From contig CM102284.1 in the NCBI GenBank assembly GCA_046563655.1, positions 7,006,001 through 7,070,000 of the forward strand: 64,000 nt of DNA, read 5' to 3'. The notes under the pieces are model-generated. The model saw nothing but the letters and a program-made list of their open reading frames with translations. It had not been told where the DNA came from and ran no database searches. This document shows positions 24,701 to 39,700 of the stretch, piece by piece. This stretch comes from Yuukianura sp. NJ FZ-2021 (Eukaryota). Every line of letters begins with the position of its first letter. The stretch's first letter is position 1. A program made the position numbers and the translations under genes.

Positions 24701-27700
24701 TCTCCAAATTTAGACAAATTGCCTCAGCCACTTTCTAATCCAAATGACAGCAAACGTCAAAATTTTGCTCTACTTGCTCCGTTTTGCTCTATTTCTGAGA
24801 AGCTTTTTGCCTAGATCGACTAAGATTGATGTCGGTAATGACTGGGATTATGTCAATAAGTCTAATTCTTTGATGGATCTCTGGCGCTGGATGGCTTACC
24901 GGAAGACGAAGGATGGAATGAGGGAGGTTGAGTCAGCGCTGCGGTGCTACCTGATTGATTCCCAATTATATTGACAGTAGGATTGGATCTTCGGTTGCTA
25001 GATGAAGGGAGGCTGAGATCTTGTGTGGACTGGAGTGTCTGAGATGATCCGAGAAAGCCACTTCCACTCCCACTCCCGCTGCTACTTCCCCCGCCCCCAC
25101 CTCCAGGTTTCTTGAGATCTGTAGCCTGTTTGAGCACTTGGTAAATCAGGTCAGGCTCCTCACTCCCCCCTGGGCATAATCCAAAGGCCAAAACACAATT
25201 AAAACTTCCAAAGTACCCCCCTCCCCTTCAAAAGTACCCCCGGTCGTTCTACATTGTCAAGGGCCCTTGGGACATGACCGCTGCCAGAGCCCTTGGAAGT
25301 TGCAGCTTTGCATGAGTGCTGGACCGCGCGGTATGTTTTGTCAAAAACTTTTAGCCGAAAACGTTTCTGGCAACATGCAACTATAAACGTTTTCGGTGAC
25401 GCGTAGGCCCGACTTTAAAATTTTTTGAACTTTTGAAAATTTTCGCCAAAATGACGCGTCTTTTTTTGAAATTTTGGCAATTCGCGCCTTGAAACTTACG
25501 ATTTTGGTTAGACCGAGCAGCACTGCCACCACCACCGTCTGCTTCTGCAAGTTGAGTCAGCCGAGTCTCCAGTTCAGACGTTGACCTCTGTCTCCGCAGA
25601 AGACGTGTCTTGGGCTGACATTTCTCAACTCTGTCTTGACAGTCCAAGTGAATGTTCATTTTACACATGCGACATCGAATCCCCTGTCTCGTATGTCCTG
25701 TGTTACACGCAAAAGATATCCCTTAAGTGAGCTCTGGAATTCTAGGACTTTTGCATCTAAAAAATTCAGGAGCCCTTGACCTTTTCAGGCTCTTGTTTCT
25801 AGTTTTAGCAATTCCACTGATGGAGGGAGTAACTATGCCTACAGACTCCTGCTACAGACTAAGTAATGAATAAGTGAAAGTTCTGGAAGAGACGGTTTAT
25901 TACCTCTGAGGATCTTGGAGCATATGTCACAGGGTGTAATTTTCTTGTAAGTGTACTCCTGGAACACAGAAAAGGAAAAAGAATGGCTGTTTAAATTGGT
26001 TCTGGAGAGCCGTTGCCATACTTTTTGTGTTTTGGGTTATGTTTTTTGTGTTACCTGGAAGATGTGATTCTCAAAGATCTGGAACTCCTTGCCATTGTTA
26101 TCTTTCTCCTTGGCACTTTTCCTGGAAAGTGAAACCAAAAGTGAAAGTTCTGAGACTGTAAGTTCTGCTCTGCCCAATTACAGTTTCCATTGAGACACAA
26201 TTAGGGAACCGCGAAGGCTTAATTTCGCAAGGATCCTCCAGGAAATCCAGCAGTTACGTAAACTACTGGAGAAGAAACTGGAGAAAATGGACAAGCGCTG
26301 GACATAGTCATGTGACCGTAAAACTTTTTCCTAAAATGCCAAATTGTTAGCAGTGACATTGCTTAGTGCTTGCTTGAATTTAAAAGCGACAGTTTAAGCT
26401 ATAAGCTGGCTGCTGGAAAAAGTGAAATATGACCAAAAAGAGAAAAGTTTTCACTATAGTCACGGTGTTACAGCAAAAGTGTCAACCGCAATTAAGTCGA
26501 ATCTTTTTAGCAGAAACGACTCTGCCATTATTGTTTACAAAAATTCTGTTGACGTTTTTGCTGTTGATGAAATTTTCTCAGGGTCAGATGTAAGCCTTTG
26601 TGCAAAGGAGAATGAACTTTCTCCTTCTGCGAAGAAAGCCGTTTATGGATAACATCAATTAGAAACTTTGTTTGGTCTTCAGAATAAATAGACGAAGTTG
26701 GAGCTAACAATTGCGGTAAACCACAAAAGTATTTTCACTTCTTTTTTTTTTCGAAGTAGAAAATTGAGTAGCCGCAAAAGAATCAATATCCATTACAAAT
26801 CCAAACAAAAGTCCACAAGCAGACAGAGAAAGTAGCAGGACTTTGCTTCAGAATAAAACTAGAAGACGATTGAAAGCAATTTGAGTTGCTACTGGAATCA
26901 GTTCTTTTAGAAGAAAGCACAAGAAATCCGCCTACTTCAAAAGCACTTTACTTTGTGCCCTTCTCAAAGTTTATAATAAGGTTCTTAAGTGTGAACAAAA
27001 CTTTCTCCTCATCATTTTTACAAAAGGAAACTTTCCTTTTCTGCACTTTTAGCAGGGAAATTTACAAGAACAAACTTTTCAAAGTTTCCAAAAAAGTTCA
27101 AAAAAGCTTCCAAAGTACAAGCTCAAAGAGAGAATAATTTGAGAACCCGGGATGCCAAAAAAGCGTGTCCAAAATTAGAAATTCAAGTAACTTTCCCCTT
27201 AGAGAAAAAATGTATAAATTTTGTTTGATTCTAGCAATTTCAATTTTCTGAAATGGCTATTAAAAGGTGTTCAAAGAAATTTTTTCGTAACTTTTTTAAA
27301 ATTGGGAAGCTCTACCAGACTTCCTGAAATTGTACAAAAGAAAATTCAGAGAAAGTTCGTGTTTTGCGGTTTTGCAAATTGGAAAAACCTAAAAATAACT
27401 ACAACAATGCTTATTAGCCAGAAATTATTGAATCAAAACCCAAAAATAGGACAAAATTGATTGTTTTTCCTTTCCACTTTTGTTGTTTGATTTTCAAAAA
27501 TGTTTTCAAAATCAAAAAGTGTACCTCATCATCATAATGGCAGTGACGGCGAGGAACATTTGATTTTGTCCCTTAGACTTCGACTCACCAAGCAGCCAAA
27601 ATTAGTTAAACAAGAAACACAAAATTAAAATATTAATAAAAATATGTTATAAATATTAATATTCAAAATGTTAGCAGCAAAGAGTACTGAAAGAGAAATA

Positions 27701-30700
27701 TGTTCAGTATAGATTATTAGCCAAGTTTAGTTTTTGCCCAAGTGAGAAATTTTGAGAAAATGAATTTTGAAAAAAGTGAAGAGAAAGTAGAAAGTGGCAG
27801 AAAAATTGCAGAATTTGGAAGCTCTACAGCCATCTAAGTTTGGTTTCTCGAAAAATTTGAAATTTTTAGTCGAATTTGGGAGAGGAAATTTTGTCATAAT
27901 TTTTTTTTTGAAATTTTGTGTGCCTTACTTTTCCTGTGGTGGGGTGGGAAGGGACGGTGGTGGGGGTGTAGTTGTTTTGAGACTTTTGAAGGCCTTGAGC
28001 CACTTGGACTTCATTGTAGGCGCGGAGACTTGGAACTTTTTGTCCTTTGTTCCACTTGACAACGAACTACTGGATTCACCTCCACCACCAAATCCGCCCT
28101 CGGCCTTTGGACTTGGAGAGTACAGATCCCGCTTTTTCAAAATTTTGAAAATGGGTTTTTAAAAATTAAATTTGTTTGAAGAGTTCATTTTGTGGAAAGC
28201 GGCTAACCTGAGCTCGGAGAGACGCTAAGTGGATTTGGGCCAGGCGGAGATCAAACATCTTCATACTGATTTCCTCTTGGAGCTCATTAGCCTTGTTAAA
28301 CAGGCTCGAATCCAGACTTCTGTAAACGAAAGGAAAAACTTGAAATGTTTAGAAAACACTTCAGAATTTCCATTACGATAATTGCAATTGAAAGTCTAAA
28401 GTTCAAACTCTTGTGGAAAAGAGCGTAACCACACTTTTTATAAGCTCAAATGAAACAAAAACCGCATTAAATATTTGTCTAAACAATTTGTATAAAATGT
28501 GGAGTTTCAAAATTTGTTTTGAAAGAGAAACTAATTTGGAACAGTTTAGAGAAAGTGTTTTAAAAAAGGCTTCATTTTTTTTTGAACTTTCTCTAATATT
28601 TTTCTCGAGAGACAAGATGCGGGATCAAAGGAAAACGAGAAAAAAAAGTTTCTTTTAAAAACGAAAACCTTCGAGGGTTTATTTTTCTATGGAAGTTTGG
28701 GTTAGTTTTTTTTTATTTCAAAAAGACTGCCGCAGTTTACTTTGAATTTTTCAAAAACTCGAAAAATTACCGCTGCTGCATTCGAACAAGCGTTTCGACA
28801 GCGTCCTGGAGCTGCTTAATGTCAGACTGGATATCAACCATTTCCTTCTTCACATTTTCATAACGAATTCGAGCCGAGGGCGCAGAGATCACTTCATTCT
28901 TCAGAATTGGAACCTGGTTCTGGTCCTAATAAGCAAATTAAACTTTTAGTTACAAGCACAATTTATGAGTACTTTCACATGACGGGTTTTACTCATTCCA
29001 GAAAAAAACGAAGCAAAAGGTCAAAGGTCGAGTGATGTAACGCTAGAGTAAAGTCAAAACAGAAAATGAAATAGAAAGTGAAAGAAAATGAGACTGGAAA
29101 TTCAAATCGTCAAAGACGTAAAATCGTTGAAGCGTCAAAGACGTCAAGACACCGCACGGCCGAGAACATCAGGTTGTAGAAACCACAAAACCGTCAAGTG
29201 AGAGTGAAAGGAACAAAAACGTCAAAATCAGAAATCATCGAGAGACGTCAAAACCTGGAAATATCACGACGTCAAAGAACGTAAAAGACGTCAAAAAGTC
29301 AAACGACGTCAAAACAAATCCGATTTTGAGCAAGTTACATTAGGTTATACGTTGAAACTTAACAAATTCTCATGCTAACCTTGACCTTGTACTTACCAGG
29401 ATGTCCCCAGCCTGTGACAGGAGGGGTACGGGGAGTGTAAAGGCATGGCGTTGGTTAGGGGGCGGGGTCAAGGTGAGGGATTTGACATATTCCCTCAAGT
29501 CCTGGATCCCGCTAATACTTTGGCAGACGGAGATCAGGTTCTCGTATCGACTGGCGGCTTCATGGGCCTAATGTAGCAAAAAATGATGAATAAGGAATTA
29601 AGTGTTTTAATTAATTCTGTCCTCGTCCTGGGCGACTTTAGTCACTTAAGATTACACTTTAATTAAACTTTCTCATTTCCAGCACCATGCAGTAGTTTAA
29701 GAGTTGAGCTTTCGGAATACATCAACTTTCTCTTTCCATTAAAAAAAGCGATTTAAACGCTCAATCAATCTCTTTCGATAATCCTTTCACGCTTAAACGC
29801 CGTTCAGATAAATCGAAATTTTAAATTGCAATGAAATAACTTTCACCGCTTTCACCATATCTGCTTCATCTTTGATTAATTAATGCGGAACAGCTTTTTT
29901 TTCCAAAAATTTTTCAACATTTTCTGTTCAAAATTCGATCTACACAATAGATTTGTTTTTGAATTGATTTGCTTACCCGGCTAGTAATGATTTGACTTTC
30001 TTCGAGAACAGATTCACCCACAGTCTTACATAAATCAACATAAACCTCCTCCAGTTCCTGAAAGGAAACGAAATTAAGAAGGCTTCATTTACTATTCACT
30101 CGTGTATTCACCTTGTGACTTTTAGGTGTTATTGAGGTCACTGCGCCTTTAAACCTTAGTTGTTTTCTGATTTCGAAACGCCTAGCATTTGCTTTGAAAG
30201 TATCGCATTGTGACTTTTCATTTTCTAAAAAGCTTCCACCAAACAACGTGGAAATGTCATTTAAACTTTACTTTTGAGCTTCACGGGCGGCTCCACCCAG
30301 GAGCCACTTTGAGAGTCAAAAGTGGGACAGAAAACACACGAGAGTGAAAGTTAGACTAACTTAAGCTAGTTTTTCATTGTTCATTTGGTTTTGAATTCCC
30401 TGTAGAATGGTTTATATACAAAGTATGCATTTAGAATGGTTTTACAAAGTAAGTTTACCTGGAGGAGGGCTGGAAGGGTTGCGGACTGGTACTCGTTGAG
30501 CATGGCATTGGTTCCACGGAGTTGCTGGACGTAGGCGTTGTGGGCATCGTAGTACCCGGACAGGCTTTTACTCGTGCCTTGATCCACGTGACGTTGGCAA
30601 GCTTCACAGTAGTCTCGGTACGCCTAGCATTTTTTCCAAAAACCAAATTTAGGCATAGTTTTGCAAATGTAAAACTTGACCTAACAAAATTCAGTCCTCG

Positions 30701-33700
30701 TGCAGACATGAGACACGAATCGAACATTTCCTGGGTCTGGCACTTCACTCAGCAAGGTCCTTGCTAATTCAACTGTAGTTCCCTAACCACGTGCTTTTAG
30801 TTTACAGAATTTCATATTACTTTCCAAATCGCTTGCATGCAGACGTAAGATGTAAAACGAGGAGTCTAACTTGGTAGCACGTAGAATGTGAAAAGACAAA
30901 ATGTAAACCTTGACATTTCCCAAGGTACACAAAACAAAAATTCGTCATGCAGCTTGCGACCTGGAAAAACTGAAACTTGAAGATGCAAACAAGGACACCC
31001 CAGAGCTCAAACGGTTACATTTTTTGAAAAATTCCTTTTTACGGCTACTTTCTCCCCATGCTTTCATGTCACCTCAGTTGGGATGTAAACTTAAAAAGAG
31101 AAGGTGTCAAATGTGCATACAATGTAACACGGTAAGTAATTGAGTAATGTAGTTCCAATGTCAAATGGAAAAAAACTTAAGCTTAGCTTGAATGAAATTC
31201 GGAAAGTGAAAGCCGGCCTAACATTTCGTACTTTTAGTTACGGAGATTTTCATTTTGGAGAAAAAAACGTTGTGGCAGGGCATATGGGTTCTTTTGAGCA
31301 AGAAAAACCAATCCAGAAACATGAATCATACGTAACATGTCAGATTTCATAAAAGTGTCAAATTCTACTTTCACAAGACGATATTAGGTGACAAGTTTCG
31401 TAAAAAAAAAAGCAAAACCCAAAAAGAAAAAAAGGAAACCAGAAACGAAAATCCTGGAAACCAAAATCATTCATCATTTACTCCCGGAAAGCTCAAAAAA
31501 GTAGGAGAAAGCTACGAGCCAGCAAAGGTCACGCCATGACCTATCGACCTCATACAACAAAATGCTGTCTCTATGTTTGAGTTTATTATATATTAATTTA
31601 TAGTTTATTATGTTAACTTTTCAAAAAAATTCAAAATTTGGCTTTTCCTTTGTCCAATTTTTTTTTCTCAGAACTTCAATTTTCTCTTTCTCCTAACTTA
31701 TTCTTTTTTCTCTTAGGAAAAACTGAAAAAAAATCCCTTTTGACAAAATCTAAGCCTAAAAAATTGAAAGTGGCCAGAAAAACTTACATTGGAAAGAAGA
31801 TTTTCCGTTTTAGTCAAGTGCGTCTCGAAGCTTTCACGATGTGTAAAAATTTTACGTGATTGGATCTTCCGACAGAAAGTCTTCTCCAAAAGTTGCCGTG
31901 CTACCTGGATATCCAGTTGTACCGTAGAAGAAAACCCATAAAGAAAGAGAATACAATTTCAACAAGAGAAAGAGAATATCAATATTTCAAAGGCACCTGA
32001 AAGCCAGCAACGCTTTCCGTTCTACTTTCACTTTTTCCACACACACAACATTGTACAGAGCCTTTTTTCAAAAAGTTCTAGGAAAACCAAGTTTCTCTTT
32101 TGTAAATAACTTTAAAACAACAAAGTTTCCTTTGAAAGAAAGAGAAACATGGTGACCTCCCATAGCTCAGCGTTTTTCCACTTTATAATTCCCAAATGAG
32201 GTCACTTCGTTTACTAAAAACACACGCACACATCCTCCGTTTAGGAAAAACAAAAACCAAGGTTTCCCGTGTTTTGGAAACGATTCTTTAAGTAACTACG
32301 TGAAGTGAAGCCTAAAAGTGGAAGTGAAAGTGGAGAAAGTAGGGGCTCAATAAACAATGTTTTTTATCTGGTTCGTTCCAGTTTTTCAGTAGTGGCAGTT
32401 TGAGCAGCTCTACTTTGTTATTTAGCTGGAGCTACTTTTTTGGTTGAGAAAAACCTTAAACGGCTCACGTCTCGCAACCCGTCTATCCTCATCATCATCA
32501 ACGCTCGTTTCGAACAAATATTTATTTGAGAAAAACGCTCCGCAACAGCTGGTTTTGCTTCTCAAGACACAAAATTTGGCAAGGATTTACTACTGCCCTG
32601 CTTTTTTTGTGTAGTGTGCACCTCCATTTTACTTAAAGTCTAACCTTTGACCTTTTACCTGGCGAGAGAGAGATCCAGCCACGTCGGAATGAGCTTGAGA
32701 ATCAATTTCAACCTCCTGCAAAAGCGTTTCCCACACTTGAAAAAGTGTACTGCTGCATGGAGGCCTAAAAATGGAAGAGAAAAACACAATTTAAAACAAT
32801 TTAAAAACCAAAATTTTTAGCAGAAGAAGAGAAAAAACCTTTTAAATAGAATTCCACTAAAATCTACAATGTTAAAAACTAGTCTGGTTAATACTAACGC
32901 TGAAACTGGAAGTTTCTGTGCGAATTATGTTATAAACACTCGTTTCAAAATTGAGCGATTTCAGCGTTTTAGTCAATTCAAACTCCTGCCACTCAAGTAA
33001 ATGAACCTGTTCCATTAGCCCATGTGATTTATAGCTCACTTATTTAAGATTTATAGCTTTTTTTAAATTTGAAATTTTGAAAAAAAAGTTCAAAAAAATT
33101 TCTACTAAAATTTTCATAGTCATTTCTTTTACTGTATTTTGCTTGTTCGATGCCGTTTTTCCTAAACAATTTTAGTCCAATTTTTGAAATTTTAGATATT
33201 TTCTATCAGTTAAGGTCTATCGTGTGTATCCGTTAATTGAAGGGTGTTCAAATTATTTTTTTTAAAACAAAATTGCACAATTGTGTGTTGCAATCGGTTC
33301 GGTCAATAAGCGATTGACGTAGTAGATTAAGATTTACGAAGTGTATGAAAAATGAGACAAGAGAGATCATTATATTTTTCCATTTTTTCCTCATTTCTCC
33401 TGTGTTAGAGAAAGCAAAACTTTCCCTCTAAGCCGTTACCAATCAAACCCCGCCTAAAAATAATCCATAACTCATTTCCCCCGATTTTTTCCTGTCAAAA
33501 AGTGGCCTTTATCAAAATCTGACCTTTATCAACAAAGCCTGTCCGAAGTTTCCCGGTTGGACAACTCTCGACTCCATTAAGCTTAGGCTTATCGACTTAA
33601 TAAATGTCACTTTGACGAGAGGGAGTTCATATTCTCCGATTCGGTTTCTTTTGAGAACTTATCGGGTGAGATATGCCTTTCTCAGTTTCTGCCTTCCGAA

Positions 33701-36700
33701 AAGTGACACATAGCACATGAGTGCGTATGGGCAAAGGCAAAAATAATATTCTCCTGTCACAAGTTCAAAGTTTGACAAGGACGCCAAGGCGAAGGCACGA
33801 ATGTCACTTTTCAAGAACTTTGTGGTCTGAAAGTTAAAGTCAACGTCAGTCACGTCAGGGAGAGACAAGTGAAATTGATTAGATTTCGAGTTAAGTGGAG
33901 CTGGAATGTTTGGCTTAACGATTTGTAATTAAAATTTAGTTAACACAGGTCACATATCTACTTTCGCTCAGGTCAAATTTGAACTGAGTGAAAGTTACAA
34001 AGTTTGAAGTGCTCGAAGGCAACCAGAGATAAGTGTAGGACTTGAGGCGCAGAGAGCCCGGGATAAGCTGGTTGTACTTTGGTTGATTGAGCTCAGACGG
34101 AGTCTATCGAGAGAATGGGACAGTGTGAATGGGTTTTTAGGCAGAAGGGGGCTTAGGGAAAGGAAAGAAGATCAAGAAAACTTTCTCCTTCAGTTAAAGT
34201 TAGGTGATTGTTAGACTAGGCTCAGAGAACTTGATGTTTGATGTCTATTACTTGAGGATATGGAAGTCTAGAAAGTGACTTGTGGTTTGGATCTGTGAGA
34301 TCCCAGCAGAAGTTGTCGATCTTAAGGATTTAAGGAGGAGAGAAAGTGTTTGTGCGGGACAATGGGCCTTTCACTTGCCATGACACAATGATGGTGACTG
34401 ACAGGCAATTTTTGGTCAAAATGAACTTGTCACTTTTCAAAAGATTACAAACAGGATTTTGAAAAAAAGAAAAGAGAAAATCCGGGTCCATTTTTTACAC
34501 TTTCAGAAATTTTCGACAAAAGTCAGGCGTAACTGCCTCGGAGGGCGGGATGGAGCTTAATAGAATGAGAAAAGACCTATTGTGATTGCAGTGTGCAGTA
34601 CAAAGTGTATTCAACTGAATTTTTATTTCAAAATGCCAAAATGTTGCAATTTGCCACTTTCAACTCAAATTTGAGCCACTTTTCTCCTACTTTCTCCCGC
34701 GCTCAACCAGAAACCAATTGGTTCGATTTGTTACTTCCGCTTAAACGGCCAAATGAGACTCGTAACAGGAACACTTCCACAGGGCTCAGGGACTTCCAGG
34801 GAGGCATAAGAAGGAGCCCGGAGAGGAGAATTGATTGAGTCATCTTTTCTTGTCGGTTTCAAATTAATGAGGTTAGGGGTTCCAGAGAAGTGTGACTAGA
34901 CGCACTTCAAGTCGCTCTGGAAGAAGCTTAGATAGGAAAGCAAGCCAAAAAAAAAGGAACCGAGCGGGAATTGAACTCACACCTCTCTCAAGGAAAAGAA
35001 AAGAAAAACACTTTCACTTACCTTTCTTTCCTGATCTCTGCATTTCTTTTTCGAAAGTTTTCTACGAGCAGTTGGAGTTCGGCGGAGTGTTGGTCATGAA
35101 GTGTAGAAAGTTGCTGAGTAAAGTCAGAAACTAAATTGGAAAATCAAACCAAACAAACAACAAAAAAAGTTTTAATTACATCAGTGCCTGAAATTTCGAA
35201 AAACAAAAGCAATTTTATGCCCCTCTCCCCTTCACCCCCGTGCATTATTTCACCGTTCTACTGCGAATTTGTGTTAAAAACAAAAGCACTTCGTTGCATT
35301 ACTTCGCTAATCCGCTACCGCAACTTTCACCTTCTGCTGCTGTCTTCCGTCCTCCCACATAAACCAAAACGTAACCTAATAACCAAAAACCTCCCGCATC
35401 AAGGTACTTTCTCCCTTGCTAATGGTAAGTAAATGGTAACCGTTAAAGCGTAACCATTCTCAGAGTGGTAACCACCAAAGCGTAATAATTACGCCTCAAT
35501 ATTACTTCTAATCCCTCATCTCTTCCGATAATCTTCACAAATTGGCTACCAAATCACTTCTCTCTATCCAGTTTTCCAGAAAAGCTTACGCTTCTATTAG
35601 TATTCCGGTTAGGTTTTAGTTATGATAGACTCCTAATGCCAATCTAGACGTGTGTTGGCGTAGGTTATATGTCAGATGTCAATTACCTTAAGGCCTGTCT
35701 TATGAGATGTGAGAGGAGTAACGATGCTGCTCTTGATGGGAAAATTTTTGGTTTCCTTGGGGGAAATCTCAAGTCTAATTTAATGATGAGAAAGTTGGGA
35801 AAAGCAGGAAGAAAAAAAGTTTTCTGAGAAATGCTGCAAGAGCGAAAAGGTTTCGAGAAAAGTGAAAGTTTCCCACGTTGAAGAAACCACGTTTCAAACG
35901 AGAAAAGTCAGTTGAGCGTCTAAAAACTTTTGGTGTTTGAAGTTTTAAAGTTAGGTTAGGTTAGTACTTACTTAGCCTAGTGTACACAATGTTTTTCTGC
36001 TTTTGCTTCTACCTCATAATGAGCTTGGGATTACATTATTTACTAAGTTGGAAGTTTCAGAACACAAACTTCCGAAAATTTATATTCTTCCAAGAATCCC
36101 AAATCTAAACTTAGAGTCTCTAACGCCTGTTTCGTCTTCTGCGAAGCGAAAGATTACTTCAGAAGCAGCATCAATGATACATAATTCAACACAGGAAAGT
36201 AATAAAATAACAGACGACGAGGGCTGACTTTTCCTTTGAAAAAGTGAAAGTTCTAAACAAACATTTTCAGATCTTTGGCACTCTCGGGAGGTCTATTGCA
36301 AAATTAGCAGAAAGTGGGTGGTATAAGGTGTGTGTGCTGAAATAATATTTGCCAAAACTCAGGTATGATAGTATCCCTGTGGTAAACTTGTCCCGCTCCG
36401 AATAGTGGTCGTGTTCTACCCGGATAAGATCTTGTGGCACGATATCGGTTTCCAAGGACTTTCATACAATCGTTATGTACACACTTTCACCATATGCCGT
36501 CATGTTCTCTTTCTGCTCAGTTTTCAAACAATTTTGAAATTCTAAAATGCCTTGTCATACTTTCTTGGAAAAACAGTTTTTTTTTCGATGTCCCGAGTGC
36601 TGAATTTATAGATTCAGCTTATAAGCTGGCACTTGACGAAAACAAGTCCAATAATAACCGCCTCTCCTTCCTCCTCCACTTTGCTTTGCAAAAAGGAAAA

Positions 36701-39700
36701 AAAGTTTCGTTTTTCAAGAAAAAGAGGAAACTTTTTTGTTAGTTCAAGAGAACAGATTTCCTGTTTTTTCAGTCTCAGATTTCTAAACAAGTCAGGAAAT
36801 GTCGGAAGTCTACTTCACTTTTTTTCTACTTTTTTGAAAAGGTCAAAAAAAGTTTAGTAAAGCTGAAGAGGAAAGAACAGAAGAGGTTTTTCAAAATGGT
36901 AAATTTTGAGAAATTACTCAACTTTTTTGAACACGGAACACTTTGTGTGCGGTCGATTTGAGCAAATGGAGAAAGTCAGCGGTAGCTTTAGGCAATTTAG
37001 GGATTTCGAGTTTTCCTTTGATCTTTTTTGTTTTTTAAATTTTAGGATTTTCTGTTTTTGTACAACCATCGATGGTGCTTCTAAAAAGCATTTGAAGATT
37101 AGGTTACTAGCCTAACCTTAACATTACCCATAAAGTCAAATCTTAATGGAATTTGGCTTTAGAAAATAGGTTTATTGAACGAAAAGAAAAGAAAAATGTG
37201 AAAAGAAAAAGTTTTTGGAACAGAAGATCTTTTTTCTTTTTAGAGTGAAACCAGAAAGAATAAAAGAAATCACAAAAAAGAAGATCAGAAACAAGATTCG
37301 CATTTGAAATTTTATTTTCTGTTTTCAAGAGGTAGACTCAGAAATGCTTTTTTTGATGAAATGAATTCAATGAATGAAATCAAGCTTTTCAAAGAAAAAG
37401 AAGATTGAAGCAGTTCAATACAGGGGGAGAAAGTTCTATAGTGAGCAAAGAATGTATAAATTCCAAAGAATTCCATTTCAGCTTTAAAATCCAAACCCAA
37501 ATCTCGAACAAAGTGGAAAATCATGGTGAAAGTCAACGGGAATCCGGAGGAGTTTAAAATTCTTTTTCAAAAATTTTGAAGAGAAATTTTTTCCAAAAAT
37601 TATCAAAATTTTTGAGTTTTATGAAATAACTTCAGTGGAAAATGTTACTTTTATGTTACAAAGTAGTTAATTATTGCTTTTCATTTTATGCAAACTATGT
37701 TTTTTTTTTCAAAAAGAAAGTCTTCAAAAAACTTTCTTTCTAAATCTGAAAGGTTCTAAATCCGCAAATAACTTTGTAACAAAATGCTTTCAAGCAAAAT
37801 TTTTGTTCGAATGCTGAAAACCGTTGAATTGAGCTCTGAATCTGAAAATTCTGTTCTAAATCAAGAAAAAGAAAGTAAAATTTTGTGCTAAATCTAAAAC
37901 AAGAAAAGTAACTGTTCTAAATGTAACGGAAGTAAATAAAATTCTGTTCTAATTCTGAAACAAGGAGGATAATAGCTGTTCTAATTCTGAAATGAGTAAA
38001 ACTGTGTTCTAAATTTCAAAAAGGTGACGTGGATCATTCAACAACGGGTAGTTTTTTAAAACAACATTTTGTTCCACAGTATACAACTCGAGGTCAACTT
38101 GGAATCTGCTCCAGTTGGCAAAGCTTTGCATGTCGGACAAGGACAATTTCCTCACCTTCATTTCAGTCAACTCCTCAAGTCAATCCACAATTCTTCTCCA
38201 TTTTAGCAAATTCATTTGAACATGTCAGCACCTCCATGACTCATTCCTCCAAAAATAATCTTTACTACTCATCCCACATCTGAAATCCCTTGACTCACGA
38301 CTCAGATTCTCGACTCATGATTCTTTGATTCTTGATTCCTCGACTCAGGATTTTCGGATTGTTGACTCCTTCAGTCCATGATTCTCTAACTGTTGTGTGT
38401 TTCCTGATTCCATTTGACTCCCAAGTCCATTGTAACTTTCTTTTAGAAAAGAATAGTCTTGGCTGCCAACTTTCTCCCGCAGCCGCAGCGATATTTAATT
38501 CAGCACTTTCTCCCTCTTCACCCAGGAACCTCCCAGTTCCCAGAAACATACAACCACTTAAAGAACGTGCGAAGCTACAATTGAAAAATGAAGCGGAGAG
38601 ACCTCTGTAACCTAACGTGCCACTCTGCTAAACAACGCACCAAACATGCTACTTCCATTATTCTACAACCCAACAAAAAGTTAGACACAGAATGTTGAAG
38701 TGAGAGAGTCAGAGTCTGGTCCATTTTGAAAGGAAATTGAATGCAGGAGGCAGAAGTCTCGTGGGATTCCTTATGCCAGTAACATTGGAAAGAACGACGG
38801 AAGGAGGAGAGGAGGTTGTAGAACATGAAAAATTGAAAGCTCGAGAGCTTCATCTGTTACCCGGGTAACGCTGGAACGCAGGCCAGAAGATTCGACTGAC
38901 TTAGACTTGAAGTGTAAGAGGAAATGGACGACTTTCTCCTCAATTTCTTTCCCGCCAAGTCAAAAACGGAAAGCAGAAGGTAGTAATTAATTCTACACGA
39001 AGCTCCACTTTCTATCACCTACAAAACTACTATGAAAACCTAACAGCTGAAAGTTAGCCTAAACTGAATTCCAAAACCTAACATAGCCTAACCTAACGAC
39101 TAAAACTCCACATGACACAGCCACACCACAACACTTGGTACAACAACTAAAACTGGACATCATATGTGATATTAATCAACCAACCTAATGTGATTAAGCT
39201 GACAGGTTAGGTTAATAACCTAACGGCTTAGCCTAACATTTTAGGTTCGTTAGGTTGCATAAGAAGAAAAGAAAATCCATCAATCGATACAAGTTACTAA
39301 TGAATTCATAAGAGAAAGTTTTGGAAAGCGCAATGCCTAGAATCTAATATAACAATCTAGAACAGGTTCCTTTGACGCCGTTAGGTTTGTTAGGTTAACC
39401 TAACGCGAAATTCAACCTAACAATTCTTGAAATGGCGCCAAATCATCAGTTAAGGATTAACATCATCATCATCCAGCCCATAACATCCAAAAAATTAATG
39501 CGCCTTAAATCCCCCTTAACGACCACGTCATTAAATTACAAAATGTCGCATAAGCCTCCAGGCTTCAAAGACTTTCTCCCTGCTTTCACTTTTTTAGACT
39601 CGTTTTTTGAAAAAAGGTTGAATTTCAAAAGAGCTTCTCAAAAAAAGTTTCAAGAGAAGCAGATTAGACGAAAAGAGAAAGATTTTGTGCTTTCCTTGAG

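Noticed and set aside
35951-35964. TTAGG runs (also ~22230-22280 and 39200-39420) as interstitial telomeric arrays
   Set aside because: Only 2-3 units or degenerate; too short to support the call.
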